64,000 bases of DNA, taken from the NCBI GenBank assembly GCA_046732715.1, contig JBKPNQ010000080.1:26-64025 (forward strand), read 5' to 3'. A program made the position numbers and the translations under genes. The DNA comes from Acidobacteriota bacterium. GTDB lineage: Bacteria; Acidobacteriota; Vicinamibacteria; Vicinamibacterales; 2-12-FULL-66-21. This document shows, piece by piece, positions 37,366 through 46,811 of this stretch; position 1 is the stretch's first letter; every line of letters begins with the position of its first letter. The notes under the pieces were generated by a model. It saw nothing but the letters and a program-made list of their open reading frames with translations. It did not search any database and was not told where the DNA came from.

Positions 37366-38313
37366 TTACCGCAGCGTGAACGAAATCTCGACGAGGATCA
37401 GCACCGGCACAGGCTGACCGAGGCGCATGCCGGGCTTGAAACGCCATTGCCTCAGCGTCCGGATAGCCTCTTTGTCGAGACCAAACTGTTGATCGAGCGA
37501 GTGAACAACCCGAACGTCGCCGACGCTGCCGTCGGGCATGACGATGGCTTCCAGCTTGACCAGACCCTGGATCCGGGCACGCATGGCCTCGCCGGTGTAG
37601 TTCGGCTTGGTTTCATGGATCAGCACGGGTGAACTGACGCCATTGCCTTCGCGGTAGGCGCCGCCGCCAAATCCGCCACCGTAGCCCTCGCCGTAACCGG
37701 AGCCTGTTCCGGGACCCACGCCGCTGCCCGTACCGGTTCCGCCGCCTCCACCGGTCGACGGGCCTTGTGCGATGGTCGCGTCAGGTGTCGACGTCGCCGC
37801 GCCGGGCAATTCGGTGACCGCGGTAACAGCCGGGATGTTCGCCTGCGGAATCTTCGGCGGCTCGACCGGAGGCTTTGGGGGGGCCTCCATCTTAGGCGGT
37901 TTAGGAGGCGTGATTTCGGCCTTCCGCGGCGGTTCCGGCATCTTGTTGCCACCGCCGCCACCACCGCCGCCGGGACCCGGCTGTGCAATCCACGTAATGT
38001 CTGGAGTGTTGATGACTTTCTTGAACTGATCGATCGCGGCCGGCCTCGTGACGACGTAGAGAAACAGGCTCAAGCCTACGATGTGGAGGACAGCAGACCA
38101 CCCCGACTTGAGCAGGTAGCTCTTCCAGGACTCCTCGTTCTTCGCGAGCGTGCCCGCGAGAAACCGCGCGTTGGGGCTGGCGCCCGGAAAGCTATCGGCC
38201 ATTTGGACTTCAGAAAGTGCTTGTGCAGCCATTGTCGCCGAGTCAGTCGAGAACCGCAAGTTGCAATAAAGATGCCTCGACCAAATCGACGAATCTTCAA
38301 TTGGCGTCAGCAC
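37366..38313 (-). CDS. tonB: Energy transducer TonB (TM anchor, Pro-rich and Gly-rich spacers, TonB_C)
   Basis: TM SAVLHIVGLSLFLYVV, PPKPPKMEAPPKPPVEPPKIP, G-rich tract, C-terminal TonB_C; true start probably an internal Met (MAAQAL or MADSFPG). Confidence 0.8.
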   Translation of the reverse strand: MLTPIEDSSIWSRHLYCNLRFSTDSATMAAQALSEVQMADSFPGASPNARFLAGTLAKNEESWKSYLLKSGWSAVLHIVGLSLFLYVVTRPAAIDQFKKVINTPDITWIAQPGPGGGGGGGGNKMPEPPRKAEITPPKPPKMEAPPKPPVEPPKIPQANIPAVTAVTELPGAATSTPDATIAQGPSTGGGGGTGTGSGVGPGTGSGYGEGYGGGFGGGAYREGNGVSSPVLIHETKPNYTGEAMRARIQGLVKLEAIVMPDGSVGDVRVVHSLDQQFGLDKEAIRTLRQWRFKPGMRLGQPVPVLILVEISFTLR

Positions 38314-38412
38314 CTACGGCCACTACCGTCACTACGTTTGGACGCTCAATAGCCTCAGGTGGACGAACTCCGAAATTGGGGGCTCCACAAGGCTCGGGGA
38401 ACCTCCAGCCCC

Positions 38413-38919
38413 TCATTCGGTCCATTGCGTCGTTTCGACGTCCGTGGCCCCGGCAGCGCGGAGGACGGAGCGGACGACTTCGACCTGTGAGTCGACGGTG
38501 TGGACACCGAGCAGGATCGCACCAGTCTCAACCGCCTTTTCGAGCGCGTCCGCCCGCTCGGGCGCCAAACCTGCCCCGGTCAGCGCCGATGCCACACCTC
38601 CCGCGGCGTGCCCGGCGGCCTCACCGAGGCCCGCGGCCAGCGGCCCGGCCGCAACGATCGGCCCAATTCCCGGCAGGACGAGCGCGATGGTGGCGAAGAG
38701 ATATCCCGAAAGCTCCCCCAACCGACCCGCGGGGCGCGAATCTTCAATCTCGACGCCCGGCGTGCCGTCAACGTCCTCGGCGAAAGTCGACTCTTCGTCG
38801 TGGTTGCGGCAGATGACCGAAAGGTGGTCGCGGGTAACGCCCGCGGCGTGCAGTTCGCGCGCTGCGGCGGCCGCAGCGGCGGGGGCGGGAAAAAGGGCGA
38901 CAACGAGTGGATGTGACAT
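38413..38919 (-). CDS. Hypothetical stress-protein-like protein with central glycine-zipper membrane segment
   Basis: 168 aa; N-terminal segment resembles YflT/general-stress fold, central GYLFATIALVLPGIGPIVAAGPLAAGLGEAAG; weak call. Confidence 0.45.
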   Translation of the reverse strand: MSHPLVVALFPAPAAAAAAARELHAAGVTRDHLSVICRNHDEESTFAEDVDGTPGVEIEDSRPAGRLGELSGYLFATIALVLPGIGPIVAAGPLAAGLGEAAGHAAGGVASALTGAGLAPERADALEKAVETGAILLGVHTVDSQVEVVRSVLRAAGATDVETTQWTE

Positions 38920-38941
38920 CGTGTTGAAATATTAACGTAGC

Positions 38942-40105
38942 GTGGGAACGATGGACGCCATCGACGTCGCGATCATCGGCGGCGGGCCCGCCGGCTGCCG
39001 CGCCGCGTGGCGCCTTGCGCGCGCCGGAACGCGCGTGGCGCTGTTCGACGGAAGCCATCCGCGCGAGAAGCCGTGCGGTGGCGGTGTCACCGGGCGAGCG
39101 CTCGATCTCGTCCGCGACGCGATCGACGTCGCTTCGCTCCGTGCGGTGGCCATCGACGACGTCGCCTTTGAGCATGGCTCACGCCGGGCACGCGTCCAGC
39201 TCGGCGCCGGAACCGGACCAACTCCACAACTCACCGTCGCATCCCGCACGGCCTTTGATGGGACACTGCTCGCTGCTGCGGTCGGAGCGGGCGCGACGTT
39301 TCACGCCGAACGAGTGACGAGCATCGTCCCCGAGCGCGATGGCTGGATTATCGCGACAGCGCAAACCGTGACGCGCGCCGACTGGCTGCTCGGCGCCGAC
39401 GGGCCGAACAGCTTCGTTCGTCGACGAGTCGGTCAGCCGTTCGCACGGGCCGACCTGTCAATCGCGACCGGGTTTTTCGTTCATGGTATCGAATCGCGCA
39501 GCGTCGCCATCGCGTTCGAAGACGAGCCCCCTGGATACCTCTGGTCGTTTCCACGCCCCGACCACCTGGCGGTTGGTGTGTGCGCGCAGGCCGATGCGTC
39601 ACACGCCGCACCACTGCAGGCCGCAGCCTCCAAGTGGATTGCGCAACACGTCCAAGGATCCTTCACGCTGGAGCGATACAGCTGGCCCATCCCTTCACTG
39701 CGCGAATCGACCATCGAACGGGAACGACCGTTCGGCGAGCGCTGGATGCTGCTCGGCGACGCCGGCGGCATGGTCGATCCGATCACGCGCGAAGGGATTT
39801 TCTTCGCTCTGCTGTCCGGCGATGCTGCTGCCGACAGCCTCCTCGACGCAGTCAGGCCCGGCGTTCGATATGGCGACCGGATCCGGGCGTCGGTGTACGA
39901 CGAACTCCTCCGTGCGGCGCGCCTCAAGGCGCGCTTTTTCAATCCACGCTTTACCGCGCTTCTCGTGCGCGCCCTCCAGCAGAGCGCGTCCATCCGCGAG
40001 ATCATGGCGGACCTCGTCGCCGGCCGACAGACGTATCGCGGATTACGGCGGCGTCTGCTCGGGACACTGCAGGTGAGGTTGTTGGTGGAGATGATGAAGA
40101 GTTGA
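38942..40105 (+). CDS. FAD-dependent oxidoreductase, geranylgeranyl-reductase-like
   Basis: VAIIGGGPAGCRAA dinucleotide fold, KPCGGGV motif. Confidence 0.8.
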   Translation: MGTMDAIDVAIIGGGPAGCRAAWRLARAGTRVALFDGSHPREKPCGGGVTGRALDLVRDAIDVASLRAVAIDDVAFEHGSRRARVQLGAGTGPTPQLTVASRTAFDGTLLAAAVGAGATFHAERVTSIVPERDGWIIATAQTVTRADWLLGADGPNSFVRRRVGQPFARADLSIATGFFVHGIESRSVAIAFEDEPPGYLWSFPRPDHLAVGVCAQADASHAAPLQAAASKWIAQHVQGSFTLERYSWPIPSLRESTIERERPFGERWMLLGDAGGMVDPITREGIFFALLSGDAAADSLLDAVRPGVRYGDRIRASVYDELLRAARLKARFFNPRFTALLVRALQQSASIREIMADLVAGRQTYRGLRRRLLGTLQVRLLVEMMKS

Positions 40106-40189
40106 AAGTGAAAAGTGAAAAGTTAAAAGTGTTGGCTGCTCATATTTGAGCTTTGCACTTTTAACTTTTAACTTTTCACTCTCACTTCA
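40100..40189. repeat. Heptad array family C (AAAGTGA/AAAGTTA) hairpin between convergent genes
   Basis: agttgaaagtgaaaagtgaaaagttaaaagtg - 24 nt - cacttttaacttttaacttttcactctcacttca; both flanking stop codons lie inside the arms. Confidence 0.9.
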
Positions 40190-41129
40190 CGAGATACCCA
40201 TCCCGCGCCCTTACATGCGCGCCAGGGCGTTTCAGCGTGACCGAAATCGACCGCCACTCGTTGGACCCGGCCAGCGGTGGCCGGAGCGGCGTGTATCCGA
40301 GGAGATACTGTTGCCGCAGTTCGCGCGCAATGCCGCGCAGCGTTTCGGCAAGCGCGGAGCCGTCGCGGGTATGGAAGGATCGGCCGCCCGTAAGCGTCGC
40401 CAGTTCAGCGAACAGCGCAGGCCTCGCGGCGCCGATTGAAACCGGAAACACCATGACGTCGGACCGCCTCGCCCGTTCGAGCGCATCGTCGGCCGATGCT
40501 TCGCTGTATCGATCGTTGCCGTCCGACAGGATGATTAGCGCCCGTCGTCCTTTTGCCGGCTGGACGTCGTCGATTGCATCGATAATCGCGTCGTAGAGAC
40601 CGGTCGTGCCGAACGCGTCGAGCCGGTTGACCGCGTCGCGTTGCACCGATCGATCGGTCGACAGCGGAGCCACTACTTCCACCTGACTGCCGACCGCGAG
40701 GATCATCGCTTCGTCCGAGGAACGGAGCTCGCCGAGAAAGGCCTGGGCGGCGGACTTGGCCAGCGACAGCCGTGTGCCGGCGACGCTGAAACTTCGATCG
40801 ATTGCAAGGGCGGCAGACAGCGGGACGTTCCCGGCCGCGAAATTCGACACGGTCTGCAGCACGCCGTCCTCGTGCAGCTCGAAGTCCCCCTGGCTCAGGC
40901 CAGTGATCGGGTTGCCCCGCTCATCGGTGACGCTGGCGTAGACCTCGACAAGGTTGACGCCGGAGGTGAACTGGCGTGGGGATGCGCCGACGACGTGCCC
41001 CAGCGCTGCCACCAGCAGCGCGGCGCCGTAACTGGCGCGCCGGATAACGGTGATACAATCGAGCCGTTCTCCTCGAAATTTCCAAGGAGCTGCTCCGATG
41101 GGTAGTTTAGGTTTTCCAGAGCTGGTGGT
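40182..41129 (-). CDS. Secreted VWA-domain protein (recalled as the VWFA-related acidobacterial type)
   Basis: VWA pattern ([10 protein letters not shown]..., [18 protein letters not shown]); start unresolved: ATG 41129 overlaps tatA antisense, GTG 41012 truncates the signal peptide [15 protein letters not shown]. Confidence 0.7.
   Translation of the reverse strand, partial: TTSSGKPKLPIGAAPWKFRGERLDCITVIRRASYGAALLVAALGHVVGASPRQFTSGVNLVEVYASVTDERGNPITGLSQGDFELHEDGVLQTVSNFAAGNVPLSAALAIDRSFSVAGTRLSLAKSAAQAFLGELRSSDEAMILAVGSQVEVVAPLSTDRSVQRDAVNRLDAFGTTGLYDAIIDAIDDVQPAKGRRALIILSDGNDRYSEASADDALERARRSDVMVFPVSIGAARPALFAELATLTGGRSFHTRDGSALAETLRGIARELRQQYLLGYTPLRPPLAGSNEWRSISVTLKRPGAHVRARDGYLVK
41051..41059 (+). 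promoter_or_regulatory. Candidate extended -10 promoter for tatA (TGA-TACAAT)
   Basis: tgatacaat 39 nt upstream of the tatA ATG; AAGGAG SD at 41083-41088. Confidence 0.45.
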
Positions 41130-41253
41130 CATTCTGATCATCATCATCATGATTTTCGGAGCAAATCGGCTGCCGGAAATCGGACGTGGAATTGGAAAGG
41201 GCATCCGGAACTTCAAGGACGCCACCAAGGAAGGCATTAGACGCGACGATTAA
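41098..41253 (+). CDS. tatA: Twin-arginine translocase protein TatA/E
   Basis: 51 aa; [40 protein letters not shown]; strong SD. Confidence 0.92.
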   Translation: MGSLGFPELVVILIIIIMIFGANRLPEIGRGIGKGIRNFKDATKEGIRRDD

Positions 41254-41286
41254 CTCCCGCGCCCGCCGGTCGCCCGACCGACGCGG

Positions 41287-43200
41287 TTACAGGACGATCC
41301 TGGAATCCCCCACCCGCCGGGTGACCCGCTCCCGATCGAGATACTCCAGCAGTGGAATCGCGTATTTCCGCGTAATGCCATAGCGTTCCTTGAACGCCGA
41401 GACATCCACGCGCGCCTGGCCCTTCATCCCGCGCACGTCGGCCTTCAGCCCGGCGAGCGCGTCGGCATGAAAGAACAGTGTATCCAGCTTGACGAGCCTC
41501 TTCTGACGAACGAGCAACGCGGCAATTCGATCGACGACGGCCGCGGGGACGTGGGCCGCGGCCTGCACCGCGGTCGGGTCCGGCGGCGCGAGGCCGGCTT
41601 GTTTGAAGAGATGTTCGATCGCGTCGCGGGCCTGGGATTCCTCTGCCGAGAGCGAGACCTGATGCCCGGCGAGTGCGAGCCGGTCGCGAGCAACGATCTT
41701 GCGCTCGGCAGCCAGTGTCGACAGGACATGCTCGAAGATGTGCGGTGAGGCTCGTCCGAAGATGCGCTCCCGCGCTTCCTCCCGTGGGAGACCTTCCGAC
41801 AGAGGCTGCGACTCGTGGTGGACTTTCAACGTTGCGAGCAACTGTTCCGACAACTCCTTCAGCACAGGCGGTGCCACCAGCAGATCGGCGACGCGGACGA
41901 CGAGTCGCTGTTGCTCGAGGCGCTCGATCGTCGCGCCGGCGGCAAGCACGGACAGACCGACTCGACTGAGCAGCGCCGACGACGCGAGCCCCGCTCGCCC
42001 GCGCTCCGCGACAAACGTCAACACGGCGTTGTCGACACCATCGGGATCATCGCCGCCGTCGAGGCGTCGAAATCGACCGAGCGCCGTCGTCGTTCTGATA
42101 CCGGCGCGCGGCGGATGCGGATCGAGCACGCGGCCGCCGCCGATCGTAATCGACGGCGAGTACGCACGAATGATGAACCGATCGCCGCGGGTCAGCACTG
42201 CCGGACGTTCCAGGCGAATCCGAACGAACGCGGAGCCTCCAGGCGGCACTTCCACGATCGAGGTGCCATCGGAGCGCTGCGCGGCCACGGCAATACGACC
42301 GAGGAGTTCGGTCGTGCCCTGGTGGAAGCGAACCCGCGATCCATGCCGGAGAGGCCGGCCGCCGGCGACAAGCTCGACCACCGCGTCCACACGCTGCGTC
42401 GGCACGAACGCGCCCGGCGCGCAGAGCGTATCGCCGCGCGAGAGTTCGGCAACCTCTACGCCGCCAAGATTCACGGCGACGCGACGGCCCGGACCAGCCC
42501 CGGGTTCACGACGCCCGTGAACCTGAAGTCCGCGCACTTTCACCACGCGCTCGCTCGGCAGCACGACAAGCTCACCGTCTTCCCGGAGTGTGCCCGCCAC
42601 CAGCGTTCCCGTCACAACGGTCCCGAAGCCCTTGATGGAAAAGACGCGATCGATTGGCAGACGCGCTGGCCCTTCGCGGTCGCGCGCACGGACAACCGAA
42701 CTGACATCAATCAGTGCGCGCCGCAATTCGTCCAGGCCACTGCCGTTCCTGGACGAAACCACGACGACGGGGGCGTCTTGCATGAACGATCCTGTCGTCA
42801 GCTCTCGCACTTCCAGGCGGGCGAGCTCGATGGTGTCGCGGTCGGCCAGATCGGATTTCGTCAACGCCACCACACCGGCGGGAATCTGAAGGAGCCGGCA
42901 GATTTCGAAGTGCTCTCGCGTCTGCGGCATCACCGACTCGTCGGCCGCCACGACCAGCAGCGCCACGTCGACGCCACCGGCGCCGGCAAGCATGTTCTTC
43001 ACGAAGCGTTCATGGCCGGGCACGTCGACGAATGCCAGGTTGACGCCGTCGGTCTCGAGGTGCGCGAACCCGAGGTCAATCGTGATGCCTCGTGCCTGTT
43101 CTTCCTTGAGCCGGTCCGGATCGGTGCCGGTCAGGGCGCGGACGAGCGCGCTCTTGCCGTGATCGATGTGTCCGGCGGTGCCGACGACTATTGATCGCAT
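41287..43200 (-). CDS. selB: Selenocysteine-specific translation elongation factor SelB
   Basis: 637 aa; [19 protein letters not shown]-domain closely parallel to E. coli SelB; C-terminal winged-helix modules ([15 protein letters not shown]). Confidence 0.9.
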   Translation of the reverse strand: MRSIVVGTAGHIDHGKSALVRALTGTDPDRLKEEQARGITIDLGFAHLETDGVNLAFVDVPGHERFVKNMLAGAGGVDVALLVVAADESVMPQTREHFEICRLLQIPAGVVALTKSDLADRDTIELARLEVRELTTGSFMQDAPVVVVSSRNGSGLDELRRALIDVSSVVRARDREGPARLPIDRVFSIKGFGTVVTGTLVAGTLREDGELVVLPSERVVKVRGLQVHGRREPGAGPGRRVAVNLGGVEVAELSRGDTLCAPGAFVPTQRVDAVVELVAGGRPLRHGSRVRFHQGTTELLGRIAVAAQRSDGTSIVEVPPGGSAFVRIRLERPAVLTRGDRFIIRAYSPSITIGGGRVLDPHPPRAGIRTTTALGRFRRLDGGDDPDGVDNAVLTFVAERGRAGLASSALLSRVGLSVLAAGATIERLEQQRLVVRVADLLVAPPVLKELSEQLLATLKVHHESQPLSEGLPREEARERIFGRASPHIFEHVLSTLAAERKIVARDRLALAGHQVSLSAEESQARDAIEHLFKQAGLAPPDPTAVQAAAHVPAAVVDRIAALLVRQKRLVKLDTLFFHADALAGLKADVRGMKGQARVDVSAFKERYGITRKYAIPLLEYLDRERVTRRVGDSRIVL

Positions 43201-43203
43201 CCT

Positions 43204-43224
43204 GACTTTTAACTTTTAACTTTC
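43204..43224. repeat. Heptad array family C, single-armed (3 heptads)
   Basis: gactttt aactttt aactttc; encodes the last residues KVKS and the stop of rnr; 3 nt from the selB start. Confidence 0.8.
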
Positions 43225-45530
43225 TTCTTCGCCCGCTCGCGCTTGCCGAGCCGGAGCGCACGGCGCCGGTCCGACTTCGTCTTCACCTTGGCCGTTTTTT
43301 CCTGACCTCGCATCGCGTCCCGGCCTGGTCCTCGGAATTCGCCGTCGGTTGCGCGCGACGTGCGCGGTCCGCGGTTTCGTTCGGACGCGCGCACGCGATC
43401 GAGGATCTCCGTCAGTCCAAGATCGACCTGCCGTCGTTCCATGTCGACCTTGATCACCTGCACCGACACTTTGTCGCCGAGCCGGTAGACGCGACCGGTG
43501 TTTTCGCCTCGCAGAATGTGAGCACGCTCGACGAATCGATAGTAGTCATCGGCCATGGTCGAGACGTGAACGAGACCTTCCACGAAGTGCTCGATTAACT
43601 CGATGAACAGCCCGAACGCGGTCACACCGGTGATGTAGCCTTCGAACTCGTCGCCGACCTTGTCGGCCATGAACCGGACCTTCTTCCACTGCACCAGCTC
43701 ACGCTCCGCATCGTCGGCGCGGCGTTCGCGTTCGGAGGTGTGGCGCGCCATCTCGGGCAGATCGTCGATGAGCTCGTCCTTCCGATCGGCGTTCATCCGA
43801 TCGTGGCGTGACTCGCGCAAGGTGCGGTGCACGATGAGGTCGGGATACCGCCGAATCGGCGAGGTGAAGTGGGTATAGCTCTTCGCCGCGAGGCCGAAAT
43901 GTCCGCGGTTCTGTTCGTCGTACCGCGCTTTTTGCATGGTGCGCAGCATCAGGAACGCGATCGGCTTCTCTTCCGGCGTGCCCCGCATCTTCTCGACGAG
44001 TTTCTGGAAGTGACGCGGCTTCACGTCGTTCGGCGGTGCGCCCAGGCTGTATCCAAGTGTCGAGACGAATTCCTCGAACTCTTCGACTTTCAGCGGATCG
44101 GGATCCTCATGAACGCGATACACGGTGGGGACATCGCGATCGGAGAGATGTTGGGCAACCGTTTCGTTGGCGAGGAGCATGAACTCCTCGATGATCCGGT
44201 GTGCGATGTTCCGCTCGGCAGCGATGATCGCCTCCACCATACCCTGGTCGTCCAGAACGATTTCCGGCTCCTTCAGATCAAAGTCGATGGAGCCGCGCCG
44301 ATGGCGACGCTTGTTCAGGATCTCGAAGAGTTCATGCATCGATTCGAACAACGGCACGAGCGCCTGATACTGGGCAGTCGTCTCCGGATCACGCACGGTC
44401 AAGATCGCGTTGACCTCGGTGTAAGTCATGCGGGCAGCGCTGTGAATCACGCCGTCGTGCAGCTCGTACCGAACGACCGCACCGCGCCGATCCACTTCCA
44501 TCAGGCAGGACTGAACGAGGCGATCCACAGCGGGATTCAGGCTGCAAAGGCCGGTCGCCAGTTCAGACGGAAACATGTGGACGGCACGGTCCGGGAAATA
44601 GACCGAGGTGGCGCGATCGTATGCTTCCTCGTCGAGAACGGAGCCTTCTTGTACGTAATGGGCGACGTCAGCGATATGGACGCCGAGCCAGTAGTTTCCG
44701 TTCGGAAGCCTCTCCAGGCTGATCGCGTCGTCAAAGTCGCGGGCGTGCTCGCCGTCGATGGTGACGATGGTCAGTGGCCGAAAGTCGGTGCGGCCTCGAA
44801 TGTCCTTATCCTGGACCGATGTGCCGATCCGGCGCGCTTCTTCAACCGCCTCGGGGCTGTGCGCGTCCGGGATCCCGTACTTCCTGATGATGATTTCGTT
44901 ATCGACGCCGGGCTCGTCGATGTCCCCGAGTACTTCGATGATTCGGCCGAGTGGCCCGCGCGTCGGCGTCGGCCAACGCGTGATTTCCACCACCACCATG
45001 TCGCCGGGGTCCGCGTCCATGCGTTCGTCCGACGGAATCTGCACGTCCATGATGAGGCGACGATCGAACGGCACCACGAATCCCAGGCCGGACGCGTCGA
45101 TATCAAACCGGCCGACGACGGAGGCCGATCCGCGCTCGAGAATGCGGACGATTCGCCCTTCGACACGGCCGTCGCTGGCCCGCTCGATCCGCGCAACCAC
45201 ACGGTCGCCGTGCATCGCCTGATTCAGGTTGCTGCCGGCGATGAAAATGTCTCCCTTGGCATCCTCGAGTGGACGGTCGGGGACAACGAATCCAAAGCCG
45301 CGCGGGTTCGTCGTCACCTTCCCGACGACCAGGTTCATTCGATCCGGAACCCCGAACCGGTTCCCACGCGTTTGAACGAGCGCGCCGCTCTCGACCAGCT
45401 CCGAAAGGAGCTTCTTGAAGGTCGGCCGCTCGTGCCGAGGTAGTTTGAGTTTTTGCAGCAGCTCGCGAGGAGTCGCCGGATGATCCAGCTTGTCGCGAAT
45501 CAGCGTCAGGAGCTGCTCGTGATTCAGCAT
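43209..45530 (-). CDS. rnr: Ribonuclease R
   Basis: N-terminal HTH/CSD (NPRGFGFV), RNB catalytic domain, S1 domain, basic C-terminal tail; trimmed from 45779 to MLNHEQLL (ATG 45530). Confidence 0.93.
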   Translation of the reverse strand: MLNHEQLLTLIRDKLDHPATPRELLQKLKLPRHERPTFKKLLSELVESGALVQTRGNRFGVPDRMNLVVGKVTTNPRGFGFVVPDRPLEDAKGDIFIAGSNLNQAMHGDRVVARIERASDGRVEGRIVRILERGSASVVGRFDIDASGLGFVVPFDRRLIMDVQIPSDERMDADPGDMVVVEITRWPTPTRGPLGRIIEVLGDIDEPGVDNEIIIRKYGIPDAHSPEAVEEARRIGTSVQDKDIRGRTDFRPLTIVTIDGEHARDFDDAISLERLPNGNYWLGVHIADVAHYVQEGSVLDEEAYDRATSVYFPDRAVHMFPSELATGLCSLNPAVDRLVQSCLMEVDRRGAVVRYELHDGVIHSAARMTYTEVNAILTVRDPETTAQYQALVPLFESMHELFEILNKRRHRRGSIDFDLKEPEIVLDDQGMVEAIIAAERNIAHRIIEEFMLLANETVAQHLSDRDVPTVYRVHEDPDPLKVEEFEEFVSTLGYSLGAPPNDVKPRHFQKLVEKMRGTPEEKPIAFLMLRTMQKARYDEQNRGHFGLAAKSYTHFTSPIRRYPDLIVHRTLRESRHDRMNADRKDELIDDLPEMARHTSERERRADDAERELVQWKKVRFMADKVGDEFEGYITGVTAFGLFIELIEHFVEGLVHVSTMADDYYRFVERAHILRGENTGRVYRLGDKVSVQVIKVDMERRQVDLGLTEILDRVRASERNRGPRTSRATDGEFRGPGRDAMRGQEKTAKVKTKSDRRRALRLGKRERAKKKVKS

Positions 45531-45537
45531 TCTGTCG

Positions 45538-45543
45538 ATTCTA
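45538..45543 (-). promoter_or_regulatory. TAGAAT -10 box exactly 7 nt upstream of the rnr ATG (leaderless-mRNA geometry)
   Basis: Minus strand reads tagaat-cgacaga-ATG, preceded by a T7 tract; no SD; weak -35. Confidence 0.35.
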
Positions 45544-45628
45544 AGTTCTGAGGAAAAAAACAGCCATAATTTGGCAGAGAACCTTTTCTTCGTTTTGTGT
45601 TCGCTTTTTATTTCCAACCGCCCCTGCT

Positions 45629-46258
45629 GTGGCTCAGTCTCAAGACTGTGTGACCGGAACCGAGCCTTCCGCCGCGACCGACCTGGACCTCGTCCGTCTG
45701 GCGCAGGCGGGTGACGTCGATGCCTTCGGCGAACTGGTTGAACGGAACCGGCGCGCGGTCTTCCGCGCCGCGCTGGCATGCGTACGCTCCCCCGCCGAAG
45801 CCGACGACGTGGCGCAAGAAGCGTTCGTGACCGCGTACCGCAAGCTCGGAACCTTCAGGGGCGAAGCACAGTTCCGCACCTGGCTCCTGTCCATCACCTG
45901 GCGCAAAGCCATCGATCGCCGTAAGAGCGTCTCCAGGTGGCTGCGTACAGCGGTCATGCCGTCGTCGACAGACAGCGGAGAGGACGCGTTCGATCAAATG
46001 GAAAGACTCCCCTCGTCGGGCCGATCGCAGGAAGAGACATTCGTTGATGAGGAGTTGCAGCGCAACGTGACCAGGTTGATCGGCACGCTGCCGAAAAAGC
46101 TTCGCGACGCGCTGCTCCTGGCCGGCACCGGCGAGCACACTTACGAAGAAATCGGTCAAATGCTTGGGGCGCCGCTCGGGACGGTCAAGTGGCGCGTGTC
46201 GGAGGCCCGGCGTGTCCTGAAGCGGAAATTGGCCGCGCTTGGTTATGCCTATGAGTAA
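45629..46258 (+). CDS. ECF-type RNA polymerase sigma factor
   Basis: 209 aa; region 2 (FGELVERNRRAVFRAAL...AQEAFV.AY) and region 4 (YEEIGQMLGAPLGTVKWRVSEAR). Confidence 0.87.
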   Translation: MAQSQDCVTGTEPSAATDLDLVRLAQAGDVDAFGELVERNRRAVFRAALACVRSPAEADDVAQEAFVTAYRKLGTFRGEAQFRTWLLSITWRKAIDRRKSVSRWLRTAVMPSSTDSGEDAFDQMERLPSSGRSQEETFVDEELQRNVTRLIGTLPKKLRDALLLAGTGEHTYEEIGQMLGAPLGTVKWRVSEARRVLKRKLAALGYAYE

Positions 46259-46811
46259 TCAACCCTCTTTGAACGACGTCCGGCTCGATCGGGCAATCGA
46301 TCGCGCGGTGCGTGAACTGATGCAGATCGATCCGGCACCCGGCATGCGTCGCCGAGTGCTGTCGCGCATCAACGCGCCAGTCGAACGCCACCTATTCTTG
46401 TCAGTGCGTTACGCATTCGCCGCGGCGGCACTCATCGTCGCGGTGTCGATCAGTCTTATTCCTCGCCAGGTGGAACCGCCGACGCCACCGAAAGCGCCTT
46501 CGCCGATTGTGTCCGCTGGGGCGCCGCCCATTGATCTGGAGGCGGTGCTGTCCACGTCCACAGTGAGCGCCACGGCGGTCTCCATTCCAACGAAGTCACC
46601 AGGGATCTCGAAGGAACCAATCCCCATGCCGCGGATTACCAACGTGTTCGGCCCACGGCGAGATGGCGTTTCCGCAACCGCCGTGCGCGAGCCTGCGGTT
46701 ATTCGAGTCGCTCCCGAAACGCTCGTGCCGCTGACGATCGTGCCGCTCTCGGCGCGCCCACTCCTGATTGAGCCGCTTGTGCTGGGCACGCCGCCGAAAG
46801 GCGGACGCTGA
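46251..46811 (+). CDS. Putative anti-sigma factor (single-pass membrane protein)
   Basis: ATG overlaps sigma-gene stop (ATGAGTAA); TM YAFAAAALIVAVSISLI; Pro-rich extracytoplasmic part. Confidence 0.5.
   Translation: MSNQPSLNDVRLDRAIDRAVRELMQIDPAPGMRRRVLSRINAPVERHLFLSVRYAFAAAALIVAVSISLIPRQVEPPTPPKAPSPIVSAGAPPIDLEAVLSTSTVSATAVSIPTKSPGISKEPIPMPRITNVFGPRRDGVSATAVREPAVIRVAPETLVPLTIVPLSARPLLIEPLVLGTPPKGGR

Noticed and set aside
38314-41286. Search for selenoprotein genes (in-frame TGA joining two same-frame ORFs, SECIS hairpin) near selB and elsewhere in the window
   Set aside because: No adjacent same-strand, same-frame ORF pair separated by a single TGA was evident. Gaps near selB are explained by tatA, the VWA gene and heptad arrays. 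A dedicated SECIS search on the whole genome is still needed.
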